A stretch of 59,041 nucleotides of DNA from Candidatus Paceibacter sp. (GTDB lineage Bacteria; Patescibacteriota; Minisyncoccia; Phycocordibacterales; BOKC01). The translations under genes were made by a program, and so were the position numbers. The stretch is taken from NCBI GenBank assembly GCA_020724885.1, contig DYGD01000004.1, positions 2,239-61,279 on the forward strand, in the 5' to 3' direction. The notes under the pieces were generated by a model. It saw nothing but the letters and a program-made list of their open reading frames with translations. It did not search any database and had not been told where the DNA came from. This document shows positions 39,206 through 48,782 of the stretch, piece by piece (position 1 is the stretch's first letter; each line of letters opens with the position of its first letter).

Positions 39206-40150
39206 CTATTTTAGAGTAAGTCCGTGTTCAGCCAAAATGTTTTTTATTTCCTCAATTCCTTTTGGACCCAAACCCTCTATTTCCGCAAGATCCTTTTCTT
39301 TTTTTCTGGCTAAGCCCCCGATTGTCTTTATGTTTGCCGAAGATAGAGCGTTTAAGGTTCTGGTTGAAATGTCTAGAGAATCAATTTTTGTCTTTAATGC
39401 GTCCTCATTTTCCAAATCTGTTTTTTTTGTTTCTTCTGTTGCGGTTGCTAGTTGTTCTTCCTGGAATCCGACAATTGCTTTCAGCTGATTTATCATAATC
39501 TCTATGGATTTTTCTAGGGCCGATTTTGGCGTGATGCTACCATCTGTTTCAATAAAAATCTTCAATCTGTTAAAGTCGGTTCTGTCGCCTACGCGCATAT
39601 TCTCTACTTCATAATTGACTCGTCTGATAGGGGCAAAAGCGGCGTCCAAGGCAATGGTGCCAATATCAACTTTGTTTTTTTGTAAGATTTCTTTCGGTAC
39701 ATAGCCAAGCCCTCCTTCAACCACGGCTTCTATATCTAGGACGGCGCTTTTGTCTGTTAGGTGGGCGATTACAAGTTCGGGATTCATTATTTCGATTTGC
39801 CCCGGAATTTCAAAGTCCCCGGCTTTTACTTCGCCTTCTTTTTTTACCTTTAACCTCATTGTCTGCGGGCCCTCAGTCAAGAATCTTATTCTGATTCTTT
39901 TCAAATTTAGAATTATGGTTATTACATCTTCTTTGACTCCTTTCAGGGTGGAAAATTCATGCTCTGCTCCAGTGATCTTGACCGAAGTAATGGCGGCTCC
40001 AGGCAGAGAAGATAAAATTATCCTTCTTAAGGAGTTTCCCAAGGTGTGGCCGTATCCCGGGTAAAGTCCGTCTATCTCATAGGTTCCAGAGAGCTCGCCT
40101 TCGGAGATTACCTTGGGTTTGGAAGGTAAAACTATATCGTGATAAATCAT
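39206..40150 (-). CDS. rpoA: DNA-directed RNA polymerase subunit alpha
   Basis: N-terminal domain GHTLGNSLRRILLSS-type and C-terminal HhH (LDISTRTLNALSSANIKTIGGL). Confidence 0.95.
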   Translation of the reverse strand: MIYHDIVLPSKPKVISEGELSGTYEIDGLYPGYGHTLGNSLRRIILSSLPGAAITSVKITGAEHEFSTLKGVKEDVITIILNLKRIRIRFLTEGPQTMRLKVKKEGEVKAGDFEIPGQIEIMNPELVIAHLTDKSAVLDIEAVVEGGLGYVPKEILQKNKVDIGTIALDAAFAPIRRVNYEVENMRVGDRTDFNRLKIFIETDGSITPKSALEKSIEIMINQLKAIVGFQEEQLATATEETKKTDLENEDALKTKIDSLDISTRTLNALSSANIKTIGGLARKKEKDLAEIEGLGPKGIEEIKNILAEHGLTLK

Positions 40151-40181
40151 ATGAAAAATTACTAACTATTAATTAAATAAA

Positions 40182-40802
40182 TTAACGGCTATAAAATTCA
40201 AGCACCGCGTTCAAATCAAAAAGCAGATCACCCGCTCTTTTTAAATCTGGTCTGGATATAAGTTCAAATTCTCTGCTGTTTCCGTCAGATTTTAACCAAT
40301 TTGGGATCAATGACTCGTTCGCGGTTTTTTCAGTGTTTGCAAAAATACCTTTCCCAATACTTTCTTTTCTAACGGTAATTTTTTCACCCACCTTTATCTG
40401 TCTTGATGGAATAGTTGTTTTCCGTCCATTTACCATAATATGGCCATGAGAAACCATCTGCCTGGCAGCGTTTTTAGTCGGGGCCAGACCAACTCTCCAG
40501 ACAATGTTGTCTAGACGGCTCTCCAGGGTCGCGAATAGTGTTTCTGCCTTGTCTCCAACCTTTTGATTAAGAGAGTTTTTAACATACATTGAGAATTGTC
40601 TCTCTGTCAACAGATATGAGTATCGGGCTTTTTGCTTTTCTCTCAATTGTTTGTTGAAATCAGTGATTGATCCCGGGTGTTTTCTGCTGTTTCGCCCCCC
40701 GGCCTTCTTTGCTTGGGACAAGACGAATTTCTGGCTTTGGGTTTTTTCAAAAATCGGGGCTCCCAGCCTTCTAGCTATTTTGTATTTAGGTCCTATTTTC
40801 AT
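40182..40802 (-). CDS. rpsD: 30S ribosomal protein S4
   Basis: LREKQKARYSYLLTERQF, S4 RNA-binding domain RLDNIVWRVGLA. Confidence 0.95.
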   Translation of the reverse strand: MKIGPKYKIARRLGAPIFEKTQSQKFVLSQAKKAGGRNSRKHPGSITDFNKQLREKQKARYSYLLTERQFSMYVKNSLNQKVGDKAETLFATLESRLDNIVWRVGLAPTKNAARQMVSHGHIMVNGRKTTIPSRQIKVGEKITVRKESIGKGIFANTEKTANESLIPNWLKSDGNSREFELISRPDLKRAGDLLFDLNAVLEFYSR

Positions 40803-40848
40803 ATTTTATTAGTTTTCTTTCTTCATTTTTCTACAAATTTTTACAAAC

Positions 40849-41277
40849 CTACACCCTTCTTGGTCTGGGCGGTCTTGGGCCATTGTGCGGAAGCGGGGTT
40901 TCATCTCTGACAAAAGTTAAACCTATACCCTTTGAAACAAACCCTCTGACGGCTGACTCTCTACCTGCCCCAACCCCTCTTATTATCACACCAACTTCCT
41001 TTACTCCCATAGCTTGGGCTTTTTCTCCCAATAATTCTCCGACTTTAGCGGCGGCGAAGGGGGTTCCCCTCTTGGCTCCTTTGAAACCGATTGATCCGCT
41101 TGAACTCCAAGCCAGGGTGTTTCCTTGGCCGTCGGTTAAGCAAAGCAAAGTGTTATTAAAAGTTGATTTGACTTGAAGAATTCCATAATCAACCCTTTTT
41201 TTGGAAACAGAAACACCTTTCGGCTTCGCGCCTACATCTTCTGTCCCTGTTTTTTTTATGATTCTTTTCTTTCCCAT
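40849..41277 (-). CDS. rpsK: 30S ribosomal protein S11
   Basis: STFNNTLLCLTDGQGNTLAWSSSG..RDETPLPHNGPRPPRPRRV. Confidence 0.95.
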   Translation of the reverse strand: MGKKRIIKKTGTEDVGAKPKGVSVSKKRVDYGILQVKSTFNNTLLCLTDGQGNTLAWSSSGSIGFKGAKRGTPFAAAKVGELLGEKAQAMGVKEVGVIIRGVGAGRESAVRGFVSKGIGLTFVRDETPLPHNGPRPPRPRRV

Positions 41278-41317
41278 GTTAGAAAAATAATGAATGAAAT
41301 GAATATATTTTTCTTAC

Positions 41318-41467
41318 ACCCTGTTAAATAGATTTTCATTTTGCTCTGCAAAATGAAAATCTAGATTTGAGGTGATAACTACTGACATATAAAATATCTC
41401 TTTAGCACTATTATTTCGCATTCTTATAAATTTATACCACCTTTACCTCAAATCTGTCTAACAGGGT
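41318..41467 (-). other. structured 150-nt element with terminal inverted arms and an internal 16-bp perfect hairpin (ncRNA or MITE-like insert)
   Basis: Arms ACCCTGTTAAATAGATTT (41318-41335) and AAATCTGTCTAACAGGGT (41450-41467) match 16/18. Internal hairpin TAGATTTTCATTTTGC-tct-GCAAAATGAAAATCTA (41329-41363). AGATTTGAGG (41363-41372) pairs with CCTCAAATCT (41446-41455). Confidence 0.5.
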
Positions 41468-41521
41468 AAATTCCCGCCCGTATTTTGGTTCGCTTCGCTT
41501 CCAAAATACGGGCGGGAATTT
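41468..41521 (-). terminator. 21-bp perfect hairpin abutting the rpsM stop codon
   Basis: AAATTCCCGCCCGTATTTTGG-12 nt-CCAAAATACGGGCGGGAATTT. It overlaps the rpsM TAA by 2 nt. No clean U-tract follows on the minus strand, so its terminator function is uncertain. Confidence 0.5.
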
Positions 41522-41900
41522 ACTTCTTCTCCACCGTTCTTTTGCCACTACCCATAGTTTTTCTGACGTTCCCTCTTCTTGTTCTTGAATTTGTTTTTGT
41601 CCTCTGTCCCCTAGCCGGCAATCCTCTAAGATGTCTGGTGCCTCTGTACGATTTGATATCTTTCAATCTTTTTATGTCTGAAGCGATTTTTCTTTTCAGA
41701 TCACCCTCTACCTTGTATTCCTCCACCAATTTTCTGATCGCGTTTTCTTCATCGGTTTTGATGTCCTTGGGTTTTTTCCCAAAATCAACCTTGGCTTTTT
41801 GCAAAATTTCTCTAGCTCTTGTTCTGCCAACGCCATAAACCGCGGTCAAGCCGATTTCTAATCTTTTATTTTCCGGAATGTTTATACCAAGTATTCTCAT
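41520..41900 (-). CDS. rpsM: 30S ribosomal protein S13
   Basis: MRILGINIPENKRLEIGLTAVYGVGRTRA..RGLPARGQRTKTN. Confidence 0.95.
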   Translation of the reverse strand: MRILGINIPENKRLEIGLTAVYGVGRTRAREILQKAKVDFGKKPKDIKTDEENAIRKLVEEYKVEGDLKRKIASDIKRLKDIKSYRGTRHLRGLPARGQRTKTNSRTRRGNVRKTMGSGKRTVEKK

Positions 41901-41997
41901 AATTCAGTTTGTCGTTTATAGTCCTTAGTTCTTAGTTTGGTTGAGTTTTTCTTTTTAGATTTTTCTATAAACCACCAACTAAAAGCTATAAACTGAT

Positions 41998-42114
41998 TTA
42001 ACCTTGTCTTTGCTTATGACGTGGGTTGGATTTGCAAATAACAAAAACTTTTCTTTTCCTTCTGACGATTTGGCATTTGGGGCATATTTTTTTTACTGAC
42101 GCTTTAACTTTCAT
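41998..42114 (-). CDS. rpmJ: 50S ribosomal protein L36
   Basis: Own translation (too short for the track): [38 protein letters not shown]. Confidence 0.9.
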   Translation of the reverse strand: MKVKASVKKICPKCQIVRRKRKVFVICKSNPRHKQRQG

Positions 42115-42160
42115 GCTTTTATTTTTTGCGATAAATGTATACAAGAGGGTTGATTTTGGG

Positions 42161-42379
42161 TCAGCCCCTTTTTACTATCCTCCCCTTGCCTCCGTATGGG
42201 TCTATCTCTACTAAAACTTTGTCACCAACCAATACCCTAATCCTATGCATTCTCATTTTACCAGACAAGTAAGCCAACATTTCTTTTTCATGCCCGTCAA
42301 TTTTTACCCTAAATAGGGTATCAGGAAGAGCTTCCACCACTATTCCTTGCGCGGCGTTCTTAGAATTTGACGATAACAT
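42161..42379 (-). CDS. infA: translation initiation factor IF-1
   Basis: S1-like domain: [51 protein letters not shown]. Confidence 0.95.
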   Translation of the reverse strand: MLSSNSKNAAQGIVVEALPDTLFRVKIDGHEKEMLAYLSGKMRMHRIRVLVGDKVLVEIDPYGGKGRIVKRG

Positions 42380-42408
42380 TAATTTTCAAATTTGGGTATA
42401 ACGGGTCT

Positions 42409-42438
42409 ATACTAGCAGATTAAGGGTATTTTAGTCAA
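42409..42438 (-). promoter_or_regulatory. sigma70-type promoter TTGACT-N18-(TGC)TAGTAT upstream of infA
   Basis: The minus strand reads TTGACTAAAATACCCTTAATCTGCTAGTAT. The -35 box sits in the loop of the AAGGGTATT/AATACCCTT hairpin. Confidence 0.45.
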
Positions 42439-42468
42439 TACCCTTTCTGGTTTTGTCCCGATCCCACC

Positions 42469-43788
42469 TTAAATTTTGTCAACAACTTCAATTTTTATTT
42501 TTTCGGGGTTGATTGGAAAGCTTCTTTTCCAGAAGGGGTCTATGGAGGCATCGGCTTCACCCACAGCCCCATGCTTTGAAAGGATTGACGATACTTCTGA
42601 TTTTCTTTTTCCTGCCAGATCGTTTTGTATCTTCTCGTGATTTATCTGCCAGACCAGATCTGTCCGTCCATTTACATTAAGGACAAGAGTGTTTATATTG
42701 TTTAGATTAGAAAAGTCCTCCGGCTCTTTAATTTGATAAACTAACTTTTCTGGGTTTCTTATTCTTATCTCTTCGTTCGCCTCTCCCAGAACCGATTTTA
42801 TCATTATTTTCTCAAGTTTTGATCTGTCTAATATAATTCCAGATAATTCTCCTCTTTCTTTTATCTTTACATCATTTGCCGAGCCACCCTCTTCGGTCAG
42901 AGGGAAGAAACTTGTCTGGAGCGATTCGGTCAAAAGCACGAAGTCGCTTTCTGAAGATTCAATCGCCAATCCCAAAAGTGTTTTTTCCAAAGCGTCTTGC
43001 AATTCGGCGCGGGTCTGTTTCAAGGTTTCTTCGTCAACCTTCTTGACTCTGCCGACAAAACCGCCGGCCATCGGGGTAGCTGATCTAGCAAAGAAGTTTT
43101 CATATTGCGGCAGTCCTTTGAACCCCGGGATGGTAAAGTCCGCAAGGTCTATGTTGTATCTTTCGCCCGGTTCGTCAGCATAAACCCTGACTTTTATTTG
43201 GCCGGGTATTGCCTCGCCGCCTCTTTCGGTCATACCGGGAACGGTTATTCCATCTTCTATTCTATAAATTAAACCAGCCGATGTTTCAAATCTGGTGTTT
43301 CTTATTAGGGTTTGAGGGTTCGTGCTGTGTCTGTTGTAAATTATTATTTCTCCGGTGGCCTTTCTTTCAACCATTTCCTCGCCTCTTGCCGGAACTATTT
43401 TTTCCGCTTCTTTTGTTATTTCCAAAATTTCAAAAGTCGCACCTTCGCCCTCTTTTAGGGCTTCTATTTCAATATCAAAATTGTGCGAAAGTTGCTTAGC
43501 GATTATTTTTACATCAGCCGAGCCGCGTCCAAAAATAGCGAAAAATAAGACCGTCAATAGCAAAATTCCTGCTAGACCAAAAATCTTTGTTTTTCGAGTA
43601 AATCTTTTTTTATCCGTGTCTGTTCTTACTCCCCTCCAGCCCCCAGCCAAAGTTCTAGCTAAGCGATCTCGGTTTGTTCCCTCATCTTCAGCGCTTTTTC
43701 TTTCAAGCCGGTCTTTTGACAAAGGTATCTTCCTGATACTTTTTTCTGGTTCAGGCGGAACGATATCTTGGAATGTTTGTTTTGCCAT
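42469..43788 (-). CDS. hypothetical single-pass membrane protein (439 aa)
   Basis: Basic N-terminus, one TM helix (IFGLAGILLLTVLFFAIFG), large extracytoplasmic part. The region ATGEIIIYNRHS..TRFETSAGLIYRIEDGITVPG weakly recalls baseplate-J-like domains (from memory, low certainty). Confidence 0.7.
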   Translation of the reverse strand: MAKQTFQDIVPPEPEKSIRKIPLSKDRLERKSAEDEGTNRDRLARTLAGGWRGVRTDTDKKRFTRKTKIFGLAGILLLTVLFFAIFGRGSADVKIIAKQLSHNFDIEIEALKEGEGATFEILEITKEAEKIVPARGEEMVERKATGEIIIYNRHSTNPQTLIRNTRFETSAGLIYRIEDGITVPGMTERGGEAIPGQIKVRVYADEPGERYNIDLADFTIPGFKGLPQYENFFARSATPMAGGFVGRVKKVDEETLKQTRAELQDALEKTLLGLAIESSESDFVLLTESLQTSFFPLTEEGGSANDVKIKERGELSGIILDRSKLEKIMIKSVLGEANEEIRIRNPEKLVYQIKEPEDFSNLNNINTLVLNVNGRTDLVWQINHEKIQNDLAGKRKSEVSSILSKHGAVGEADASIDPFWKRSFPINPEKIKIEVVDKI

Positions 43789-43820
43789 AATCTTTTAAAT
43801 TTTATCGCATTACTTATTTT

Positions 43821-44990
43821 TTACAAATGACGACTGTGAATTTTTCTTAAAAAAAGTACGCTAAGCGCCAGGATGGGGTCATAACTGTTGTCTCCTAATT
43901 CCAAAAAACGGCCGAGAGTCAGGGCATCCAAATTAATGATCGTGTATTTTTCGGTCTTCTCGTTTTTATTCTCTATACATCTTTTGAAAGAAGGCGCGAA
44001 GAACGTGTCCACCGACAAAAAGATTGTCGGCGTATTAACATTCAGTTTCATTAGAAATTCTGTAAAGTTTTTTCTCCATGATTCTTCGGCCTGTCTGACG
44101 GTTTCCCCGACATCGCTGTTGAATTTTTGTTCAGCCCCCTTCTCCTCGTAAAGTTTTAAGAAAGATAAAGCAACTTCCGCGTCAACATTGAATCTTTGAG
44201 ATATGTTTCTCAAGAAGACATTTTTTCCGATATCAAAACCGAAACTCTTCTTGATCCCGCCGTCTTCTATCAGGGTGATTTCTGTTGTCTCACCCGTTAT
44301 CTCGGTTAGGAGATAATTTTTATTTTCTGGGAAAATTTTTTCCAGGGCTGTAAAGGTTGAAAGGATGTGCGAGTGGAAAAATGATTCTCGGTGGAATCGG
44401 CGGTAAATTAGCTTTTCAACTCTCTCGAGCCATTCCAAATTGGCTCGGCTTTCAAAAAGAACCGCTTCTATTTCGTGAGCTTTTCGCCCAGCAGGGTTTT
44501 TGATTGGGTAGCCGTTTAGTTTTGTCTGGATTAGAATTTTTTCTAAGCCAACTGAATAGAATTTGTCTTTTCCCGACCCCGCGTCTGCGCTGGTGGCCTC
44601 GTCTTTTAAGAATTCATCTAGAGCTTTATCGGTTATTTGGATCGTTTTTTCGTAATTTTTTTTACTGATTGATATCTTTGGTATGACCCAAGGTGATGCC
44701 ATTACACATAGTATTTTTTCTATTTTTTTGTCTCCAAGTTCCGAATATTTTAGATGAAGTTTATGAGCACCATCTCTGATCGTCTTTTCCAAAATTTGGT
44801 CTAAGTGTTCCAAAATTGAATTTTCAAGCTGTTGTCGGCTCTCTTCTTTTGATATTGGCAGAAACAAGCGGTCACTTATAATTATTGCCGGTTTGTTTTC
44901 GGCAAAATCCACCAAAGCGGCGCCGACACTATGACTTGAAATGTCAACGATCAGATTGATTTCCGGTTTGATGTTTCGGAAAAAAGGCAT
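43821..44990 (-). CDS. actin-fold (FtsA/PilM-like) protein, divergent
   Basis: Phosphate-1-like LIVDISSHSVGAALV and degenerate phosphate-2 LLTEITGETTEITLIEDG. I prefer the start MPFFRN (ATG 44988-44990). Confidence 0.65.
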   Translation of the reverse strand: MPFFRNIKPEINLIVDISSHSVGAALVDFAENKPAIIISDRLFLPISKEESRQQLENSILEHLDQILEKTIRDGAHKLHLKYSELGDKKIEKILCVMASPWVIPKISISKKNYEKTIQITDKALDEFLKDEATSADAGSGKDKFYSVGLEKILIQTKLNGYPIKNPAGRKAHEIEAVLFESRANLEWLERVEKLIYRRFHRESFFHSHILSTFTALEKIFPENKNYLLTEITGETTEITLIEDGGIKKSFGFDIGKNVFLRNISQRFNVDAEVALSFLKLYEEKGAEQKFNSDVGETVRQAEESWRKNFTEFLMKLNVNTPTIFLSVDTFFAPSFKRCIENKNEKTEKYTIINLDALTLGRFLELGDNSYDPILALSVLFLRKIHSRHL

Positions 44991-45040
44991 TTTCGTGTCT
45001 AAATTATAGCATGAATAACATTTGAAATTTAACACCCGAT

Positions 45041-45087
45041 ATATCCCGCCCCGGAGGGGCGAGCATTGCCCCTCCGGGGCGGGATAT
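45041..45087. terminator. 20-bp GC-rich perfect hairpin
   Basis: ATATCCCGCCCCGGAGGGGC-gagcatt-GCCCCTCCGGGGCGGGATAT. Confidence 0.55.
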
Positions 45088-45095
45088 CTAACAAA

Positions 45096-45126
45096 ATCCC
45101 CCGCAACGCGTAGCGTTGCGGGGGAT
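45096..45126. terminator. 14-bp GC-rich perfect hairpin
   Basis: ATCCCCCGCAACGC-gta-GCGTTGCGGGGGAT, 21 nt after the stop of the 45148-45429 gene (minus strand). Confidence 0.55.
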
Positions 45127-45147
45127 GGGGATGCAGTGGCGGAAGAA

Positions 45148-45429
45148 TCAGTCCGGATGCACTTCTTCTTCTATTTCGAAGTCGCCGATGAGCTCATTTG
45201 GGGTAACCCTCAGGACACAACAGACCGCAGTAAAAACATGAACTGTTGTATTCTCGGGAGAAGTAAGAAGAAGGTTGATATCTTCAGGACTGCATTTAGC
45301 CGCTTTGGCGAGCAATTCACTCGACCGGACGTCATCACGAGACGCCATCAGTAGGCGCAACCCGTAGCGAATCTTGTCGGGATTCCTTGCGATCTCGCCG
45401 AATCTGAATCCTTCAACCGGTTTTCCCAT
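45148..45429 (-). CDS. small XRE-like helix-turn-helix protein (93 aa), GC-rich cassette
   Basis: ATG at 45427-45429 preceded by CAAGGAGAAAAGA (SD). HTH-like region SSELLAKAAKCSPEDINLLLTSPENTTVHVFTAVCCVLRVTPNELIG. Confidence 0.55.
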   Translation of the reverse strand: MGKPVEGFRFGEIARNPDKIRYGLRLLMASRDDVRSSELLAKAAKCSPEDINLLLTSPENTTVHVFTAVCCVLRVTPNELIGDFEIEEEVHPD

Positions 45430-45559
45430 TCTTTTCTCCTTGTGAGTTGTGGTGGAGATTCCAATCCCCGCCTTTTTTGTCTGCCAAAAACATAACAAAT
45501 CCCATTCCTTCTGTCAACTTTTCTAAAGCATTTTTCTAACATTACTAAGCACTAATATA

Positions 45560-47344
45560 CTACTCCAACACCCCTTTTATCCTCCTCACCCCCGCCGAAA
45601 CGGCCTCTTCTTTTTTGATTTTAAATTTTCCAAGTTCAGAGGTTTTGGAAACATGCGGGCCACCGCAGAATTCTTTGCTGATAATATTTCCGGCTCGGTC
45701 TTCTATTAAGTAAACGGAAACCATTTCCGGATACTTAGCACCAAATTCCATTTCGGCGCCGATTTTTTCCGCTTTCTCTCTTTTCATCTCTTTGCGGACC
45801 ACATCCAAACCGGCAGAAATCCATTCATTGACTTGGTCCTCAACTATATCTTTTTCTTCGTCGGTCAGTTTTCTATCAAAAGAAAAATCAATTCGCAAAC
45901 GCTCTGAAGTAATATTACTTCCCTTTTGTTTTATTTCTTTCCCTAAAATTTTCTGCAAAGCGGCAAGCAAGAGATGATGAGCGGTGTGGAGTTTAATTGC
46001 CCCTTCGCTTTGATCAGCCAATCCGCCTTTGAATTTTTGTTCCGCACCAGCTCTGGAGATTCGTTGGTGTTTTTTAAAAGCTGTCCAGAAACCTTCCTCA
46101 TCAACCTTACACCCCCTCTCTTTGGATAAATCTTTAGCAATATCAATTGTTAAGCCGTAGGTCTGATGTAAATTAAATATTTCTTCTCCAGAAATAACTT
46201 TTCCGACTTGATAGAAACCATTACTTATTTCAGGGCAAATTTTATCAAATTCTTTAAGCCCTTTTTCCAGAGAAGAATAGAACTTCTCTGCCTCTGATGT
46301 AAATTCATCTATTATTATTTTTTCTTGGTTTTTCAGTTCATTATAAAACTCGCCATATTCTCCAATTATATTTCTCAATATTGTTTCTAAACTATCCAGT
46401 GAAAGGGGTAATATTTTAGCTTGAACAAGAGAACGTCGAATTAACCGTCGCAAGACATACCCGGCTTCTTTATTTGATGGTCGAACACCGTCAGCGATAA
46501 GAAAAGCCGACGTTCTTAGATGGTCGGCAATAATTCTCCCGCGTCTTTTAATTTTTTCTGAGCCAGCAGTTGAAAGAAAAGCAAACTTTTTGAATGAACT
46601 AGTATCAAAAATTGTCGGAACTTTTTGAACAATCATTTCAAGCCGTTCAAGACCCATTCCAGTGTCAACTCCCATTTGAGCAAGAGGTTTAAGTTCTTTT
46701 TCACTTGTTCCAGAAAGCAATTCTTCCCTAGTGCCCGGAAAATAAAACTGGTTGAAGACGATATTCCAAATTTCAATATCATGTTCGGCTACATTTTTAC
46801 AGTAAATTTCAGTAGTCGGGCCACATGGTCCGCCATCACCCGTTGGCCCCCAAAAAACGTCTAGAATCCCCTCTTCACGAATGTCTTGAACCCCAAGCGA
46901 TTGCCAAATCTGTTTTGATTCTTCATCCTTTGGTATGTCGTCCCAACCTTCAAATACTGTGACGTATGAAATTTCAAGGCCGAGTTCTTTGGTTATAAAT
47001 TCATGGGCGTAGAAAATCGCTTCTCTTTTTCCATAACCGCCGAAGGAAAAATTACCGAGCATTTCAAAAAAGGTCAGGTGGCTTTCATCACCAACCTCAT
47101 CGATGTCAGATGTCCTCATGCATTTTTGAACTGTCGCGGTGTTTAATGTGCCAAAGTCTCTCATCGCATCCCCTTCTCCTAGATAATACGGCTTAAACTG
47201 CTGCATTCCGGCAGTAGTAAAAAGCACCGTAGGATCACTTGGTATCAAGGAAGCCGAAGGCAAAATCTTATGTCCTCTTTTTTCAAAAAAATTTAAAAAG
47301 CGATTTCTAATTTCGTCTGAATTCATACGAAACAAGTATATCAT
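45560..47344 (-). CDS. alaS: alanyl-tRNA synthetase, short form (catalytic + tRNA-binding + editing; no C-Ala domain)
   Basis: FFEKRGHKILPSASLIPSDPTVLFTTAGMQQFKP, editing HxxxH (HTAHHLL) and CGGPHV; 594 aa. Alternative start MNSDE at 47326. Confidence 0.93.
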   Translation of the reverse strand: MIYLFRMNSDEIRNRFLNFFEKRGHKILPSASLIPSDPTVLFTTAGMQQFKPYYLGEGDAMRDFGTLNTATVQKCMRTSDIDEVGDESHLTFFEMLGNFSFGGYGKREAIFYAHEFITKELGLEISYVTVFEGWDDIPKDEESKQIWQSLGVQDIREEGILDVFWGPTGDGGPCGPTTEIYCKNVAEHDIEIWNIVFNQFYFPGTREELLSGTSEKELKPLAQMGVDTGMGLERLEMIVQKVPTIFDTSSFKKFAFLSTAGSEKIKRRGRIIADHLRTSAFLIADGVRPSNKEAGYVLRRLIRRSLVQAKILPLSLDSLETILRNIIGEYGEFYNELKNQEKIIIDEFTSEAEKFYSSLEKGLKEFDKICPEISNGFYQVGKVISGEEIFNLHQTYGLTIDIAKDLSKERGCKVDEEGFWTAFKKHQRISRAGAEQKFKGGLADQSEGAIKLHTAHHLLLAALQKILGKEIKQKGSNITSERLRIDFSFDRKLTDEEKDIVEDQVNEWISAGLDVVRKEMKREKAEKIGAEMEFGAKYPEMVSVYLIEDRAGNIISKEFCGGPHVSKTSELGKFKIKKEEAVSAGVRRIKGVLE

Positions 47345-47360
47345 TTTTAAATCTCTCTAG

Positions 47361-47396
47361 AAAAAAAACGAGCCGCTCGATGCTATCGAGCGGCTC
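47361..47396 (-). terminator. rho-independent terminator
   Basis: GAGCCGCTCGA-tagca-TCGAGCGGCTC followed by G + T8 on the minus strand, 2 nt after the stop of the 47398-47820 gene. Confidence 0.7.
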
Positions 47397-47397
47397 A

Positions 47398-47820
47398 CTA
47401 GTTGATGTTTGCTGCTAGGGCCAGATAACCCCAAACTGTCGCATCGGTGATTTGGTTCTCGTGGTAGAGGGAGAAGATATCCTCTGGGGTTGCCCAAAAC
47501 ACTTCTCCAATCTCGTTGCGCGGCTTGGGCTCGCCTTCAATCTGCACCGGCACGTAGATCAAGCAGACAGTTCTGTCTTTAGGGTGGCCTTCACCTTTCG
47601 TCATAATCGGCCGACCCATTCTGACGATGCGAACGCCCTTTCCGATCTCTTCTCCAACCTCTCTCCTTAGGGCAAGAGCGTACCCTCCCCACAGTAGCCA
47701 GAAGAGATATTCATACCACCTCATCTTACCTCCGACGAAGGTGAACTTTCCGGCTTCTCTCGGGCGAACAAGGAGAAGCCGACCATCCTGCCAAATCATG
47801 GCAGCAACGACTGTTTTCAT
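47398..47820 (-). CDS. divergent Nudix-fold protein (140 aa), GC-rich cassette
   Basis: ATG 47818-47820 preceded by AAAGGAGAAAGCT. The REVGEEIG half of the Nudix box is present, but the G-x5-E half is disrupted by the aromatic insertion RWYEYLFWLLWGG. Confidence 0.6.
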   Translation of the reverse strand: MKTVVAAMIWQDGRLLLVRPREAGKFTFVGGKMRWYEYLFWLLWGGYALALRREVGEEIGKGVRIVRMGRPIMTKGEGHPKDRTVCLIYVPVQIEGEPKPRNEIGEVFWATPEDIFSLYHENQITDATVWGYLALAANIN

Positions 47821-47985
47821 AGCTTTCTCCTTTCGGTTTGACTGGAACTGGGTGAGAGCCACAGCGGCTCCTCAAATTTCCACCCAAGATTATACTACAC
47901 ATCACCTCAAAAAGTCAAGAGTTTGGAGAATGAAAAAGCGCGTCGCAGGGGTGCGACGCGCGGGTGTGTCGGGTGGAATCGGACG

Positions 47986-48561
47986 TTAGAATGATTCACC
48001 CGCCCTCTTGAAGGCCTCCGATACTTTATCTCGACAGACGATGACCCCGATTCCTTTCAGAGTGTAATCCAACATCACCGTATTCACAGCCGCCCATGGG
48101 TCGTAGAGAATACTCTCGATAGTTATTAGTAATGTCGTTTCAGCGAGTTGTTCAAACTCGTCTTCGTGCATTTGAGCGATGGTCTGTTCACTCGAGTTGC
48201 TCATGAAGGCCAGGGCTCTTACGGCTTCCGCCAGCTTGCCCAACTCTCGCTGAAATTGACCGCGGATTCCACGGCCAAAAAGAACGAGGCATGTGGAGAT
48301 GGAAAAGAAGTACATCAAGGCGAGAAGTGCCATGGAGATTCTGGGCATAAACTGGATTATACCCGTAGAGGATATGTATATTGCCACGCCTAAAGTGAGA
48401 ACTAGGCAGATGAAAGAGGTCTCCATTGCCCGTTTTTCCACCGCGATTCTTCTGCGGATGGTATTGATGTCTTTCCCTAGGCGCATCTCAATCAGATTCA
48501 CGAAGAAGCTGCCGAGCTGGTGCGCTCGGAAGAGGTCCAACATCATCCGTTTTGTTTCCAT
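47986..48561 (-). CDS. hypothetical two-TM protein (191 aa), GC-rich cassette
   Basis: SD GGGAGAATGAA before the ATG. Two central TM helices (FICLVLTLGVAIYISS, ISMALLALMYFFSISTCLVLF). No motif recognised. Confidence 0.6.
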   Translation of the reverse strand: METKRMMLDLFRAHQLGSFFVNLIEMRLGKDINTIRRRIAVEKRAMETSFICLVLTLGVAIYISSTGIIQFMPRISMALLALMYFFSISTCLVLFGRGIRGQFQRELGKLAEAVRALAFMSNSSEQTIAQMHEDEFEQLAETTLLITIESILYDPWAAVNTVMLDYTLKGIGVIVCRDKVSEAFKRAGESF

Positions 48562-48665
48562 TTCATTCTCCCGATGTGAGGTGCGAATGCCCGAACGCAG
48601 TGTTTGGACTCTGCTTTATAGAATACACGACTTTGTAGATTTGCCAATGTCTTGTTTGTGTTTTT

Positions 48666-48711
48666 ACAATATTAACAATTCCCCACGGCCGTGGGGAATT
48701 GTTAATATTGT
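48666..48711. repeat. 46-nt perfect palindrome
   Basis: ACAATATTAACAATTCCCCACGG|CCGTGGGGAATTGTTAATATTGT. Both strands of the ORF track read NINNSPRPWGIVNIV across it. Confidence 0.8.
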
Positions 48712-48741
48712 TTCTAAGGTAAAAGTTAAAAAAACCGTTGC

Positions 48742-48772
48742 GGAAGCGTCTGAAAATTGCGAGCATTGCGCT
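48742..48772 (+). repeat. left copy of 31-bp perfect inverted repeat (orphan fragment of the nuclease Cys-motif coding sequence)
   Basis: GGAAGCGTCTGAAAATTGCGAGCATTGCGCT is the exact reverse complement of 50195-50225. It reads (E)ASENCEHCA in frame. Confidence 0.9.
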
Positions 48773-48782
48773 AAGTTAGTGT

